This document shows positions 41,266 to 54,687 of a stretch of DNA of 64,000 nt, piece after piece; within the stretch, counting starts at the first letter, position 1, and every line of letters begins with the position of its first letter. Below the pieces are notes generated by a model. It was not told where the DNA came from. It was given only the letters and a program-made list of their open reading frames with translations, and searched no databases. The stretch is from Eledone cirrhosa (lineage: Eukaryota). The stretch is taken from contig OZ024746.1 in assembly GCA_964016885.1 (NCBI GenBank), positions 8,742,001 to 8,806,000 on the forward strand, given 5' to 3'. The position numbers and the translations under genes are program-made.

Positions 41266-41635
41266 GACACACTGGAAGAGGAAGACCAAGGTTAACGTAT
41301 ATTGATGCCCGAAGGACAGACACTGGTCTGTTGGAGACGCAGGACATGGCAGTGATATTGAGGGACAGAAACCGCTGGAGAGAACTCGTCCATGGATCTT
41401 AGGAATTTTACCCGCCCTAGAAGATGGCCTCAGCCAGATGACTGGAACAGGTGAAAGGGTAAAAGATATATATATATATATATATTTATTTACGTAAAGT
41501 GCGGAGCGTATGTGCATAAATATCCACTCACCGTACTGTATTATTGCAGTATTGTGTTAGCTCAATCTACATGGACAGAGCCGTTATATGCAAAAGAAAC
41601 CAAAGAACGCTTTCATACTCAAACAGTCTTTATTC

Positions 41636-41680
41636 ACTAACAATGTTTCATCCTCACCTTTTGGCAGGAATCATCAGAGC
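41636..41680 (-). ncRNA. Minimal type I hammerhead motif
   Basis: Minus strand: gct-CTGATGA-ttcctgcc(aaaa)ggtgaggat-GAAAC-att-GTT-agt-gAATAAA. Confidence 0.75.
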
Positions 41681-42038
41681 TTAATAAGTACAATGTTGAG
41701 TATAAGCTCCACAAAAACTTAGTCACACGAACAATCAGAAAACATAATAGGGGGATTGGAGAAAGCTAAGAAAGTGGTTCATGCTGGGGTTACTAAGCAT
41801 CACTGCAAAATACCAAGGCACAATTGGATTCAACAAGATGAAGACACAGTAGATGGCACTCAAAAATGCAGAATCTAAAATCAAAAAGTGTGAAAGCATT
41901 AAAAAGTACATAATAAATACATAAAAATACATAAAAAATACATAAAATATACATAAAAAATACATAAAGAAATACAGGCAAATGTTAAAACATAATATAA
42001 ATTATATTAAAGTAATAAAAAATAATTGTATTTATTAA

Positions 42039-42083
42039 GCTCTGATGATTCCTGCCAAAAGGTGAGGATGAAACGTTGTTAGT
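42039..42083 (+). ncRNA. Minimal type I hammerhead motif
   Basis: gct-CTGATGA-ttcctgcc(aaaa)ggtgaggat-GAAAC-gtt-GTT-agt-gAATAAA. Confidence 0.75.
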
Positions 42084-42126
42084 GAATAAAGACTGTTTGA
42101 GTATGTAAGCGTTATTTGGTTTCTTT

Positions 42127-42164
<38 letters not shown>

Positions 42165-43020
42165 AAAGTTCTATTTAAAATTGTTGGGATACAACAAGTA
42201 AATATTTTATAACTGATATAAAGCACTCGACAAGTTAATTATATGTAACATGATATGTTAAACTTTATATATCATGTAAGATGTTTATATTTTTGTACCA
42301 TCATAATTTTTGGGTATTGTACAATTTATTTTTCCTCACCTACTCTGTAACTCTACATGAATTGATTTGTTAACTTGAATGCCATTATATATTGTATATT
42401 ATAAATGTTAGTATATTATTATTATAGTATTATTGTGACATCTATATTGTTTGTGTAAATTAACCGGAGATTATCTATTCTATTATATTATATTATATAG
42501 TATATAATTGTATAGTTTATTATATATTATATGTGCTACTTATAATAATATCATATTATTACCTCATGTATATTGGGTATATGTATTATTATTATTGTTA
42601 TTATTTTTATTCCTATCTTGCTTATTTATATTTAAACTCTTAATAAGGTTTAATTTGTGCAGTTGAAGATGGATATGTGTATGTGTGCGTACGTGTGCGT
42701 ACATATATACATATGTATATTGTACCTTTTGATTTTTATTGTAATTTTAATATTGGTAAAGGTATATTATATTATATTACATTGTATTATATATAATTCC
42801 TGCTCTATATAACCACCCTTGTTTAGCTCTAGGGTTTTTTTGCTTTGGACTATATTTGTAATATGGTTCTTAATGTTATACACCTCCTTAGTAATTTTTA
42901 TTATATATTTTTATTATATATTTTTACCCATAATCTTGCAATACTTTAGTGTATGTACACTCCCTATTCTTCGGAGTTTCCGGCTTGTATTGGCCGATAA
43001 TACTTCTTGTTGTTTTAATT

Positions 43021-43058
43021 GCCCTGATGAGTCCTTAATAGGACGAAACATTGTTGGC
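43021..43058 (+). ncRNA. Canonical minimal type I hammerhead ribozyme
   Basis: gcc-CTGATGA-gtcct(taat)aggac-GAAAC-att-GTT-ggc-tAATAAA. Consensus core with G10.1-C11.1. A ~150-bp tail follows, then (TA)n. Confidence 0.85.
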
Positions 43059-43214
43059 TAATAAAGACTTTTGATGTATTGAAGGCTTCTTTGTTTTACT
43101 TTCATAATTCTTCGGCTCTGTTTAACTACATTGAGCTATACCTTTTACTGTCATTTCTATAATACGAAGAGGGTGTTTAACTCCAACACGCTCCAGTATT
43201 TTAACCCTTATATA

Positions 43215-43332
<118 letters not shown>

Positions 43333-43845
43333 ATGAGAGAGAGAGAGAGAGTAAGTGAGAGAGATATATAGAGAGATTCGTTCTGTTGCATAGGAATCAC
43401 TTGAACTCTTGACAGATTAGTTTTGTGAGTTGATTGGTGCATCTAATACACAGAATTGTAATAACTTTATTGATTGGACTTTAGTAATGGGGAAATAGAT
43501 ACATAATCAAGGTAAAAATAAAATGATAAATCTCTTAATTTGTGAATCGCCCATAACGTTCAAAAACTGAGAATAAACTGTCCATCTATATTTTAAAATG
43601 CAAATATATATAGGTTTTATCTTATTTTAAATATTTTGCTACGAATAGATATCAGAGCCTTTAAAAATAAAGATGACTTAAGAACTTCATAAAAATCTGT
43701 AAGGTAATATACAAGGGTGAGCAAATATATGTATATTATTCTAGTGTAAAACAACAAAATAAGAATATTGGAAATTTCTAATTACTTGCTTAATTATTTC
43801 AATGTACAAACTTACCTTTTTTAATGAATTATATCAATATTTTTC

Positions 43846-44030
43846 GATTGGTAGTATCTGTAGAGGGTCGGACGCCATGCTTTGCAGCACAGTTACGTCC
43901 CTTTACGGACTGAGTTCAAATCCCTCCGACGTTAACTTTGCCTTTCATCCTCACGGGGTCGATAAAATAAAGTACCAGTAATACACTGGGATAATTGCTG
44001 GCCTTGTGCCAAAAGTAGAAACAATTATTT
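43846..44030 (+). mobile_element. SINE (Meta-domain family), short variant
   Basis: gattggtagtatc...gttcaaatccc...core...ggccttgtgccaaaagtagaaac. Confidence 0.9.
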
Positions 44031-44289
44031 ATTATGTTAAACATTTTTAAAGGGTATCATACCAATGTTATGTTGTTATTTGCTGAAAATATATAGATTA
44101 TTTGATTATGTATTTTATGATAGATTATTTAGACTTATTTTTATATTTATCTCCGAATTAACTTTTAAATTATAGATCCAATTAAATATGAACTTAAAAT
44201 TTTATACAATTATCAATATTTAGTTTCAAGTAATTAGATATATTGAATAGGTTCAATTTTAAATAACACAGTCACTACAATATTTTCTT

Positions 44290-45620
44290 AATGAGTAAGA
44301 AGCCAGCATAGAAAAAAAAATCTGATTCATACAAAAATTCGCTGGTTACCTCGAGGCAATTAAGTACGATGTTTTTTCTTAACAAACAGGATTATGAATT
44401 TTATAAATCTATTCCTGTATTAATAGTGGATGCTAATTTCAGGAAGAACCGTCGTTCTTTTTCTGAAATCTTGTGGAATTGATATCTTTCATATAGTTAA
44501 TACCGATTTCAGAAATCTAAGATTTAATTTTAAGTTGATAGATTGAAATAGTGTGTCTGTTGATGGAGATCCAGCCATGGCAGTGCCTGTCAGTAGTTTT
44601 GTGGCTTTGTCAATTATCAAATAGAAACATAAGACATGCATTGGTTGTGAAACAGTTGTGACTTATCACTTTCATTACTGCATTTCTAATGAAATACACT
44701 CTATTTTAATTAATTAATGAAGAATTTTGAGGAATTTACTAAAATTATTAATTTCATTGCGAAGATAGTAACTTAATGTAAGGTTCTTATATAAAAATAC
44801 ATAGGATGATTTTAATTTAAATTGGAAATCTTTAAAATTGGTGGTTTTATTTCATAGAACCAGAGCCGTTCTTGGCCGGGCTGGTAACTAAAGTGTTAAA
44901 CACGAGGCTTTCGTGAAAAATGTGATTAAAATCATCAATAGTGTCAAAAGGCATATATTAAACACGATGTCTTTTCCTGATGTATGTAAGAAAGGAAGGG
45001 CAAATAGTTAAGCTTCATTTCACCCAAAGAAGGGAGGTAATTCCCATGTGGTAACGTTCGTAATGGAGTTTAGGCAGTCAGAACCAAACATGAAAAATAT
45101 ATGGTGAATCAAAATGATGTCAGTCCAAATAAATTTGGTGAATTTATTTAGCTGGAATAATCTTTATATCTAGCTGACATCGTTTGGCGTGTTAATGAAA
45201 AAAAAACAAACATTGATGCTATTTTAACACGAGTAGAGATTTAACTAATGGTGTCTAAACTTCGTTGCTAGAATCAAAATGTGGATAGAAAACAAAATAG
45301 TTAACCTTACGAAATTGGCAAATTTAAAAAGATTGTGAAGATGTCTTGATGACATCAAGAAACCATTTACAAAGCACCTTATAAAAGTCAAATACTTTAG
45401 CGCTTCATTTGGTTTTTGAATCACTATAACTGTCAAATTACATATATACGGAAATGGCGGAAATATTGGCAGAGACACTTCTTGTACTTAAGAGGGAAGT
45501 AGTCTTGGATGCTAAAAGTGGCAAAACCTTTCAAAACTGTACATCGACACGCGACAAAGTTACTGCTGTTATTTGCAACCTCCTTTCGCCGTGAAAAAGA
45601 GCATAGAGTCCACACTTGTA
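44290..45620 (+). pseudogene. Heavily decayed hAT (Charlie/Buster-type) transposase
   Basis: Fragments LIHTKIRWLPRG (cf. LLHTEVRWLSRG), SVSVDGDPAMA (cf. TDGAPAM), NVIKIINSVKRHILN and ATKLLLLFATSFRRE (cf. LLPF.TTYLCE). Many stops. Confidence 0.65.
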
Positions 45621-46329
45621 AATTTGACAAGAAAGTATAAAAAGCGACTGAACGCCGAAGATAGCATATCTTTTGGTCTGGCAATTGAAATTATGGAATA
45701 TATCACTTTTCAGTTAATAATACGACGGACCTTATCTAGATCGTAGTCTCGCATATCCGGATTATGACAGCTAGTTGATCAACCAACTATCAATCGGCTA
45801 AAATTCTTCGTGAGATTAAAATACAAGCGTAAAAGTAAAATAGTTGGGATACATACGTCTTTCATCACATATCGTTTCGATCTGACTGATCTGGATATAA
45901 ACAACAGCAAAAACCTCAACAATGGAATCATTGAACCAGTCAAATGTTTTATTCTAGATGACATTAATATAAAAAAAAACTAAACTCAACAGAAAACAAT
46001 GATTAACAAACAAAATGCTATCATTATGTCATTTATATAATCTGATCAAAAGGAATACATTATTGGCAAACACTTTAGGTTAAATATCCTTAATTGTTCT
46101 AGAAATTGATCACGCTACACTACATTATGTATACGGAGAGGTTTTGTTGACAATTTCATTATTTACATATCTCTACTTCTATGACAAGTACTACACATTT
46201 ACGGAAGCAAACATTTCACTAACGAAATTAAACTGAGTCATTTTGAACGAGTTTCTTCTCCGAATGTAGCAGTTATAAGATTCTCTAAAATGAATGTATC
46301 ACAGAAATAAAAACTATATATGTATATTG

Positions 46330-46400
<71 letters not shown>

Positions 46401-46414
46401 GTATGTATGATGTA

Positions 46415-47012
46415 CAGGTCACCAGTTGGTACTACTGGTTACATGTATCCCAGTACAACCTGTCTCATGGTCGGGTCGTTGGCAACTAAACTGGCAACCC
46501 CACCAAGGTTTCTTGGCGAGGAGGGTGACTTTGGACATCCTGCAGGACTAAAAACAAAACCTGTCAAAGGGCAAAGGAGCTCTTAAGAGTCAATGGCCAT
46601 CCAAAATCACCGGGAGAGATGACCCCTTAGTCTTTGTTAAGGCAGAATTCTAGGAGAAGGAAACTCTGATATAACACCTGTAACCCTGATGGTATCCAAT
46701 GATGTTGACTTGTTCTTCTTTTTGGTAAATATCATCTTGGTTAAGAGAGTGGGACTGGCTTTGTGCAGTGCCTTTGCTCACTATAAAAGCTTCAGCGCAC
46801 AGGCATTGCATTATATCTGGAGATCTCTCTGCACATGGTACCAAGGGCCCAGCACTATGTATCAATAATTGTCACAAGTGTAGTGTTTGTACCAGAGTTT
46901 TCAAGTCACTGGCTGGACTAAAAAGTCACACTCGTTCAGCGCATCGGTAGGGGTTCTCCTACATGGATATAAAGTAGTGGCCGTACACGAAAACGAGTTG
47001 GCAGCCACCATG
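46415..47012 (+). mobile_element. Non-autonomous RTE-derived element (~600 bp), subfamily A
   Basis: RTE-type 5'UTR motifs (actggcaaccccacc, ctaggagaaggaaactctga) joined to a 3' end encoding a C2H2 finger, [24 protein letters not shown]. In (TA)n. Copies at 56940 and 57696. Confidence 0.8.
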
Positions 47013-47026
47013 TATATATATATATA

Positions 47027-47221
47027 TAACGAAGGAAGTGTGGTAAGGAAGCAGGTGGACCATAACGCACCAGAGTACTCGATACTCTGGGTAGTAGAGT
47101 GGGTAATAGGAAAAGGTTCAGAACCCCGTCGCCAGAGCTCAAGCCGTCTCGACGGCTATTTCTGGACTATTTCAGTCGAAACGGCTTGAACTTTGCCGTC
47201 GGGGTCCTGAACTTTTCCTAT
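47027..47221. mobile_element. Family A cassette: 3' tail plus palindromic HHR 3' halves
   Basis: Plus arm GAAAC-GGC(ttgaacttt)GCC-GTC-gggg, inverted against 47106-47160. Confidence 0.75.
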
Positions 47222-47500
47222 TTATATATATATGTGTGTGTGTGTAGTTATATGTATATACATGTAAATAAATACACAGATATATATGTGTGAGTGGTGG
47301 AAAGCAATAATTTGCGAGTAGTGTTAACTAAATATAGGAACATATGTATTTAAATTTTTATCTATCTATCCATAATTATCTCCCCTTCTCTCTTTCTCTC
47401 TCTCTCTATATATATGTGTGTATGTGTGTGTGTGTAGAGAGAGGGGGAGAGTCAGAGAGTGTGTGTGCTTATAGACACATGTATACACATGGGGAACGTG

Positions 47501-47558
<58 letters not shown>

Positions 47559-47974
47559 TACGGAAACATCTATCATTTTGATTAGCTTAACATTTGAACA
47601 ATCTTTAATCAATTTTATATTGACTTGACCATTGTTACAATAATGTTAATGAAAATATGTTAAAATAGAAATCTTCAGTAGTCGAAACCTGTCCCCTTCT
47701 TGAAGAGGGTCATTAGTAAGTATATACAGCATTAGTGGAATTTACTTTCGTGTTCTGTATACAGAGCAGTTATTCGAATACAAACGAATAATGAAGCGGA
47801 TATTAAATAGATTTCAGAATTGTAAGGAAAATGTTTGAAGATGTTTGCAAAGTTGGTAACATGGAGTAGAAGATGCAGCAGTATACCTAATAGGAAGATA
47901 TTTAAATCTTCGTCGAACCATTGTTAACACTATTGTTAATGGGAATAGGCTCTAATCATATTACCTAATTACAA

Positions 47975-48006
<32 letters not shown>

Positions 48007-48147
48007 CATATATCATATTTGATTCAGATGAGGTTTACATTTATTCATAATAGTAAACATGACGTCTACAATGTGTAATTTGGAGTTTTTCCGTGCAAAC
48101 ATTTAGAATTAACTTTTAAACATTCTCAATCATGTGTACTTCCTTAG

Positions 48148-48235
<88 letters not shown>

Positions 48236-48284
48236 AATGAAATAACAGTAGGCTGGACTGGTGTAAATCCTTGAAAGGTTTATT

Positions 48285-48342
48285 ATACTATGATCATTTC
48301 AATGACCGGGTTCCATATGAATCCGGTGATATCATCAGGTAT
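48285..48342 (-). ncRNA. Type I hammerhead motif
   Basis: Reverse complement of 59463-59520 with one substitution. Confidence 0.75.
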
Positions 48343-48490
48343 TGGAATATAACAAAGGAATATGTAAAAAGCCATGGGTCCGAAAAACCATGGGTCCGGG
48401 AAACCAGAAACAGAAAGGGCGGCTGATCAACTAGTTTCACAGCCAGCCGTCCTCAAAGTATATATATATATATATTTATTATAGAAATAG

Positions 48491-48537
48491 TTTCTACAGG
48501 ACTAGAACTGTTTCATTCGGGAGAAATCATCAGGATT
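48491..48537 (-). ncRNA. Type I hammerhead motif (weak stem I)
   Basis: Minus strand: tc-CTGATGA-tttc(tccc)gaat-GAAAC-AG(ttctagtc)CT-GTA-ga. Confidence 0.6.
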
Positions 48538-48569
48538 TCCTGATAATGTGGTTACCACCGATTGAACCC

Positions 48570-48646
<77 letters not shown>

Positions 48647-48652
<6 letters not shown>

Positions 48653-48910
48653 ATACTTTGGGAGGGTCATGTTGCCAATAAGAAACACACGCACCAGTTG
48701 CTTTCACTTCAATTTATTATAATAAATTTATAATAAATTTATAAATTTATAAATTTCTGGTTGGTTGGTTGGTTCCACAACCAGATAGTTGTTTATATAT
48801 TGTCATAGTTCTTTCGTCACACACTCTGTGACCTCTTCAGTGACTGGGGATTCCTTTCTTTGTTTCTGTGTTTCTTATTGGCAACATGACCCTCCCAAAG
48901 TATAACAATA
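48647..48910. mobile_element. Short element with ~42-bp terminal inverted repeats in (TA)n
   Basis: ttgttatactttgggagggtcatgttgccaataagaaacac / gtgtttcttattggcaacatgacctcccaaagtataacaa. Related ends at ~52128-52170 and ~55741-55785. Confidence 0.7.
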
Positions 48911-48967
48911 TCGGTTTCAACACACAATTTCAGATAAAGAATCTTGCTAAACAAATTCAGAAACGAA

Positions 48968-48998
<31 letters not shown>

Positions 48999-49328
48999 TA
49001 CATACATATATATATTTATTTTTAACCTTTTTTTTAAACAAAGATGAAGAAAGTATTTTATTCAAATTAAGCTCATAAAATTGGCTTAAAAACCATTGAT
49101 ATCTACATAGATATGAAAAAGAAAGATAAAAACAAAATTAAGTAATGAGAAAAAAAGAGAGTAAGAGGTAAAGAGGGGTAGATCTGGGTGTATGGGGAAG
49201 TAAAGGAATTGACTATAGATGACAGGACAAGGAGAGAAAAAGCAAGGATTGTTGGACCACAGACGAAAGGGAGGAGAAAGAGGTGAGGGTGGTTGGCGCT
49301 GGCTGCGCCCCGCGGACAGCTGCTCTTT

Positions 49329-49390
<62 letters not shown>

Positions 49391-49472
49391 TGAAACGGTC
49401 AGTACATTTCAATTTTATCTTGTATTTTCCGTTTTATTCAGAGTTCATATTCGTCAAACCAACGTGGTTTTG

Positions 49473-49552
<80 letters not shown>

Positions 49553-49567
49553 GTATATATATATATG

Positions 49568-49598
<31 letters not shown>

Positions 49599-50318
49599 GT
49601 TTGTGTGTGTGTGTGTGTGTGTGTGAATATATACACACGTACGTATACAGACCAAATAATTTTCGATCGAAAAATTATTTGCAAAACAATGTATGTTTCA
49701 ACAACTTCAACACACCCTCAGACACAGAAAGACCCCCCCCCCCCACACAAACAGACACACACACGCACACAATTATTAGAAACTGCAATAAACTGAATCG
49801 TAATTCTGAATTTCGCTTCGCCAAACGATTGAATTGAGGCAGCAATATAAAAGCAGAAATATTCGTAAATAAATAGAAATATGTTTAGTTATAGAGATTG
49901 ATTAGTTGTCCAAACCGTTAGAAAATGTGTCCCATATTTATCTATGCAATTGCTATAGGCAGACCTCGTTATTGACAGGCAAAAGAACATACACATAAAA
50001 ATCATACGAACTCAATGTAGGTGGCAATTGAAGTTATAATATAGCAGAATTTTATTACCAACTTTTAGGGTATGGAATATTCATTGTGTAAGAAATAATC
50101 TATCTACTTTCGTGGAGTCTCTAATAACAAATGTATAGAGGATTGACAGTTAAGAATTAAATAGACACATGGCTTGGTGAGAGGAGGAAGATGACAAATG
50201 AAAAATGAGAAAGAAGGAAAATGAGAAAAAAGAGAAGAAGCATTTTATGTAAAAGATTAGACACAATAAGGAATGAAAGAATTAAGTAATTCAAGAAATG
50301 GAAACATTTATAAGGCTT

Positions 50319-50393
<75 letters not shown>

Positions 50394-50526
50394 CGTATAT
50401 ATATATGTATATATATCTACATACATATAAGAAAGAGTCAGGGTCCTACAGCTGAGCTCTGGAGTTTCGACAGCTAGTCTATGTATTCGCGTGTGTGTGT
50501 GTGTGCATGAGAGAGGGAGTGTGTAC

Positions 50527-50652
<126 letters not shown>

Positions 50653-50759
50653 ATGTATATATATATCGATCGACTTTCGTCAAATCGAATCGAGGAAACA
50701 ATGTTTCCATTGGTCTTTCCAGTTGCTAATACTATCTATCGGACGCAACTCCAGATATA

Positions 50760-50880
50760 AGGAGCAACGTGAAATAAAGTGTCTTGCTCAAGGACATAAC
50801 GCATCGCCCGGTCCAGGAATCGAACTCACTACCTCACGATTGTGAATCCAATTCTCTAACCACTCAGCCACACGTCTTCA
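50760..50880 (-). mobile_element. Second SINE family, 5' half
   Basis: Minus strand: GTGTGGCTGAGTGGTTAGAG...GGTAGTGAGTTCGATTCCTGG...TCCTTGAGCAAGACACTTTATTTCACGTTGCTCC. Confidence 0.8.
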
Positions 50881-51225
50881 TATAAACGTACATAGTCTTA
50901 GTTTCCCAAATTGACGTCGATTAGTAACCTTTTATGTAGTTGCCGTCTACAATCCGCCATCTTGGTTACCCCTATCTGAAGATTTCTACCATGAAAGACG
51001 TTCCAGCTGTGACCGATGTCAAATAGACTTCTTTTTACAACGTTAAAAAATGTCAATCTATTAAGTCGATATTGTATTATTTCACGTGAAACTTCGGGGC
51101 TTAAAACTTGTAACAGCTCCCACACGTAAAGAACATCAGTTAAAAATAATGAAGCTATGAAAAAAAGGAAGAGAGGGTGAGGGAAAGAAGGCGAGAGAGA
51201 AAGGGAGAAAGAGAGAGAGAGAGAA

Positions 51226-51269
<44 letters not shown>

Positions 51270-51776
51270 AGAGATAGAGAGAGAGAAAGAGTGAGGGAGA
51301 GAGAGAAGAGAGAGGAAGAGAGAGAAAGAAAGGAAGAGAGGAAGGGAGAGAGGGTAAGAGAAAGAGAGATAGAGAGACAAACATGATGAAATGAAAGAGC
51401 TCATTTCTCTGCATACCAACAAAGGTTAACACTTGTTACACACGAGTAGAACGCGACTAGGAAATTGCTTTCTTAAATGATTCGATTAAATTTCTTACGT
51501 AATTTGATATTTAAAGAGAATTAGTTAAGTAGCACTGATTGTAATTTCAAACACTTGCTGCTTAAATAATTTTCATCAGTCAGTCTTCAAACTTGACAGT
51601 TATATCCAACATGATTTGGGTTGAGTTGATATAAACAATAGTTGTTTAATATTGTCTCATTACATCCTAATTTCACATATAATTGTCACAGGAGCTTTCT
51701 AGGTGCAAAACCCATGTTATTCGTGACCGAAGGTTTTTCTTTTTTCGCATATACATATATATGTTTTTGTATGAAT

Positions 51777-51857
<81 letters not shown>

Positions 51858-51858
<1 letters not shown>

Positions 51859-52040
51859 CTGTTTCTACTTTAGGCATAAGGCCAGAAATTACCAGTGCAT
51901 TACTGGTACTTTATTTTATCGACCCCGTAAGGATGAAAGGCAAAGTCAACCTCGGCGGGATATGAACTCAGATCGTAAAGGGACGTAACTATGCTGGAGA
52001 GCATGGCGTCCGACCCTCTACCGATACTGCCAATCCACCA
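51858..52040 (-). mobile_element. SINE (Meta-domain family)
   Basis: Core and head as in the other copies. Confidence 0.9.
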
Positions 52041-52283
52041 TAACGGCGATGAATTAGTTTTGCAAAGTTTTTGATATGAAGCGAAAAGCGAAAACCAACC
52101 AAACAGTGAGTGTGTTCTGTTATTAATTCTGGCAATATTACACAAATATGACCCTCCCCAAGTATAACAATATATATATAACAATATATATATATATATT
52201 GTGTCGGATGGTAGCTAAGATGCTTCCATAGGCGGTATGCCGGTTGAGCACTCTATGCTCTTACAGAGCAGAGTATGATATAA

Positions 52284-52558
52284 TATAAAACGAAAAATCA
52301 GTGATGTATCTGAACTCAATTTATTGTGTGTTACAATTGTTTCGCCGGCGGACAGCTCGAGACGCGATCATTGTGTGGATCTGTCTGATTCTGGACCCGC
52401 AGGTTCGACGGACACGTCTAATGATTTCGGAGCATATACACTCGTGAGAGAATCAGACAGATCCACACAATGATCGCGTCTCGAGCTGCCCACCGGCGAA
52501 ACAATTGAAACACACAATAAATTGAGTTCAGATGCATCACTGATTTTTCGTTTTATAT
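52284..52558. mobile_element. Inverted cassette (~108-bp arms) containing a degenerate HHR with long domain II (52416-52511)
   Basis: gt-CTAATGA-tttcgg...ccggc-GAAAC-aatt-G(T/A)A-acac-acAATAAA. Diverged relative at 5690-5850 (minus). Confidence 0.65.
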
Positions 52559-52574
52559 TATATATATATATAGA

Positions 52575-52755
52575 GAGAGGTAGAACACTGGAAGGTAATA
52601 TCTGTAATGGTAGAGCACTCAGTCCATGGGACGAGTTTGATAGAAGTAGTAACACAACAATTAGTTCACCATACCGAGAACAATTGTTTCACCTTAGCGC
52701 TAAGGTGAAACAATTGTTCTCGGTACGGTGAACTAACTGTTGTGTCACCACTTCT
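52575..52755. mobile_element. Hairpin element, same family as 5354-5620
   Basis: Palindrome centred on caccttagcgctaaggtg. Each arm has GAAACaattGTTctc. Confidence 0.8.
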
Positions 52756-52796
52756 ATATATATATATAAAGAGAGAGAGAGAGAGGGAGAGAGAGA

Positions 52797-52899
<103 letters not shown>

Positions 52900-53923
52900 C
52901 GGTGGTGTATGTAGGTGTTGAAATATACAAAGATAATTTTGGTTAGATCATCTATTTTGTTCGGCAAAATTTCAACTTTCCGTCTTGTTATTGCCCTGGT
53001 TTAAGAAACAAAATACATTTTACAGAGGTTTGTTGTTTATCGTTGTTGATTTTATTTCTGTTTTCCTCCAGCGTGATGTTTACGTTGTCGTAAGAAATGT
53101 TGCCACTTTTAATGATGATGCTGATGCTGATGACGATGACGATGATGATGATGATGATGATGATGATTATGAGGATTAGGATGTTTACTTCAGATAGGTT
53201 CATTCCTTTTGGTCAAAACACTTCACGGAAGAATTTACATATATTTGGTTACAATTTCCCCATACCTCAATCTAAAGAGTTTTCAAGGAATAACCCCCCC
53301 CCTCCCATGAACAACGTTATCCCGTTAATATCATCTTGGTATTCAAACACTCCTATATATTTCCTTTAGATTGGCTTATTTCTCATTTCATATAATCTGT
53401 TCATGTTTACATAAAATGTTAGATAAGAATTAAGCTAAATATATTTTATTTGACATTATATTCATTTAATTGAGTATCAAGACATTTACCTGCCGGTATG
53501 ATCGTTCTGCAAGACGGTTTCGTTTCATATTTTGTATCGTTTAAACATGATTGTAACATACTCAATTCCTTCTTAAGATTTGAAGCATTGAATGCAACAA
53601 ATCAATTTTCAAGTTATATAACGAACTATATTAGAGAGAAAGAATAGACTTCCAGGCATCTTGATTGACATTATGGTGATCAGCGGTATCCATCAATAAA
53701 TACTCACATCGATTGATATATTTGGAAATGAAGATTCGTTGTTTTCCTGGATTCTTCAAATCCATTTCGCTATATAAGCTAAATACCGAGGAGTAATTTC
53801 TTTTGCTACAACCTCAGTTTAGATAAAAGCAAAAGTATTTTGTTGAAATGTTTGTATGTGTTTGACTACTATTCCACTGATCAACACTTCTTGCTCAAAT
53901 AACAACTGATTAATACTAATAAT

Positions 53924-54321
53924 GGTTTCTACTTTTGGCACAAGGCCAGCAATTACCCAGTGCATTACTGGTACTTTATTTTATCGACCCCGTAAGGATG
54001 AAAGGTAAAGTAAACCTCGGCGGGATTTGAACTCAGAATGGCAAGGACCGTAACTCTATGCGTCAAAGCATGGCATCCGACCCTCTACAGATATACTAAT
54101 AATGGTTTCTTATATCGGCACAAGGCCACCAATTTTGGGGGAGGGGAAAGTCGATTAAATCGACCCTAGTACGTGACTGGTACCTTATTTTATCGACCCC
54201 GTAAGCATGAGAGGCAAAGTTAACCTAAGCGGGATTTGGACTCAGATCATAAAGGGCCGTAACTCTATGCTGCAAAGCATGGCACCGACCCACCCTCTAC
54301 CGATACTGCCAATCCACCGCC
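53924..54321 (-). mobile_element. Tandem SINE pair (long then short variant)
   Basis: Flanked by ctgattaatact at 53906 and 54322, with atactaataat at the junction. Confidence 0.9.
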
Positions 54322-54529
54322 CTGATTAATACTACTAATAATATATCGACATTCTTCTCCTTCTCATGAGATTTCGTATGTTGTTGAAAGGACGCTAACT
54401 TCAGAATTGCTTTTGATTTTTGTTGAATATATGAGAAACATTTCTTTAAATGATATTACAATATTTGCTTCTAACGAATTAAGCCAAACACTTAAATAGG
54501 TCATGCAAACAGACAACATTATTGGATTG

Positions 54530-54687
54530 GCATGCTTTCACGCATAGAGTTACGGCCCTTGTCATTCTGAGTTCAAATCCCGCCGAGGTTAACTTTGCCT
54601 TTCATCCTTACGGGGTCGATAAAATAAAGTACCAGTAATACACTGGGTAATTGCTGGCCTTGTGCCAAAAAGTAGAAACAATTATTA
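54530..54687 (+). mobile_element. 5'-truncated SINE
   Basis: B box, core and tail. Confidence 0.9.

Larger units (their letters stand above)
41490..42130. mobile_element. Penelope-like cassette with ~100-bp inverted HHR-bearing repeats
   Basis: 41589-41687 is the reverse complement of 42032-42130. Bounded by (TA)n. Confidence 0.8.

Noticed and set aside
46415-46505. HDV-like or twister ribozyme at the 5' end of the RTE derivative
   Set aside because: A small hairpin (gtcg-ttgg-cgac in other copies) and a ccagt/actgg pairing exist, but I could not build P1/P3 consistently across both subfamilies. Needs a covariance search.
53480-53880. Possible Tc1/mariner remnant
   Set aside because: Only a vague resemblance to the WPPxSPDLNP region, and no TIRs were identified.
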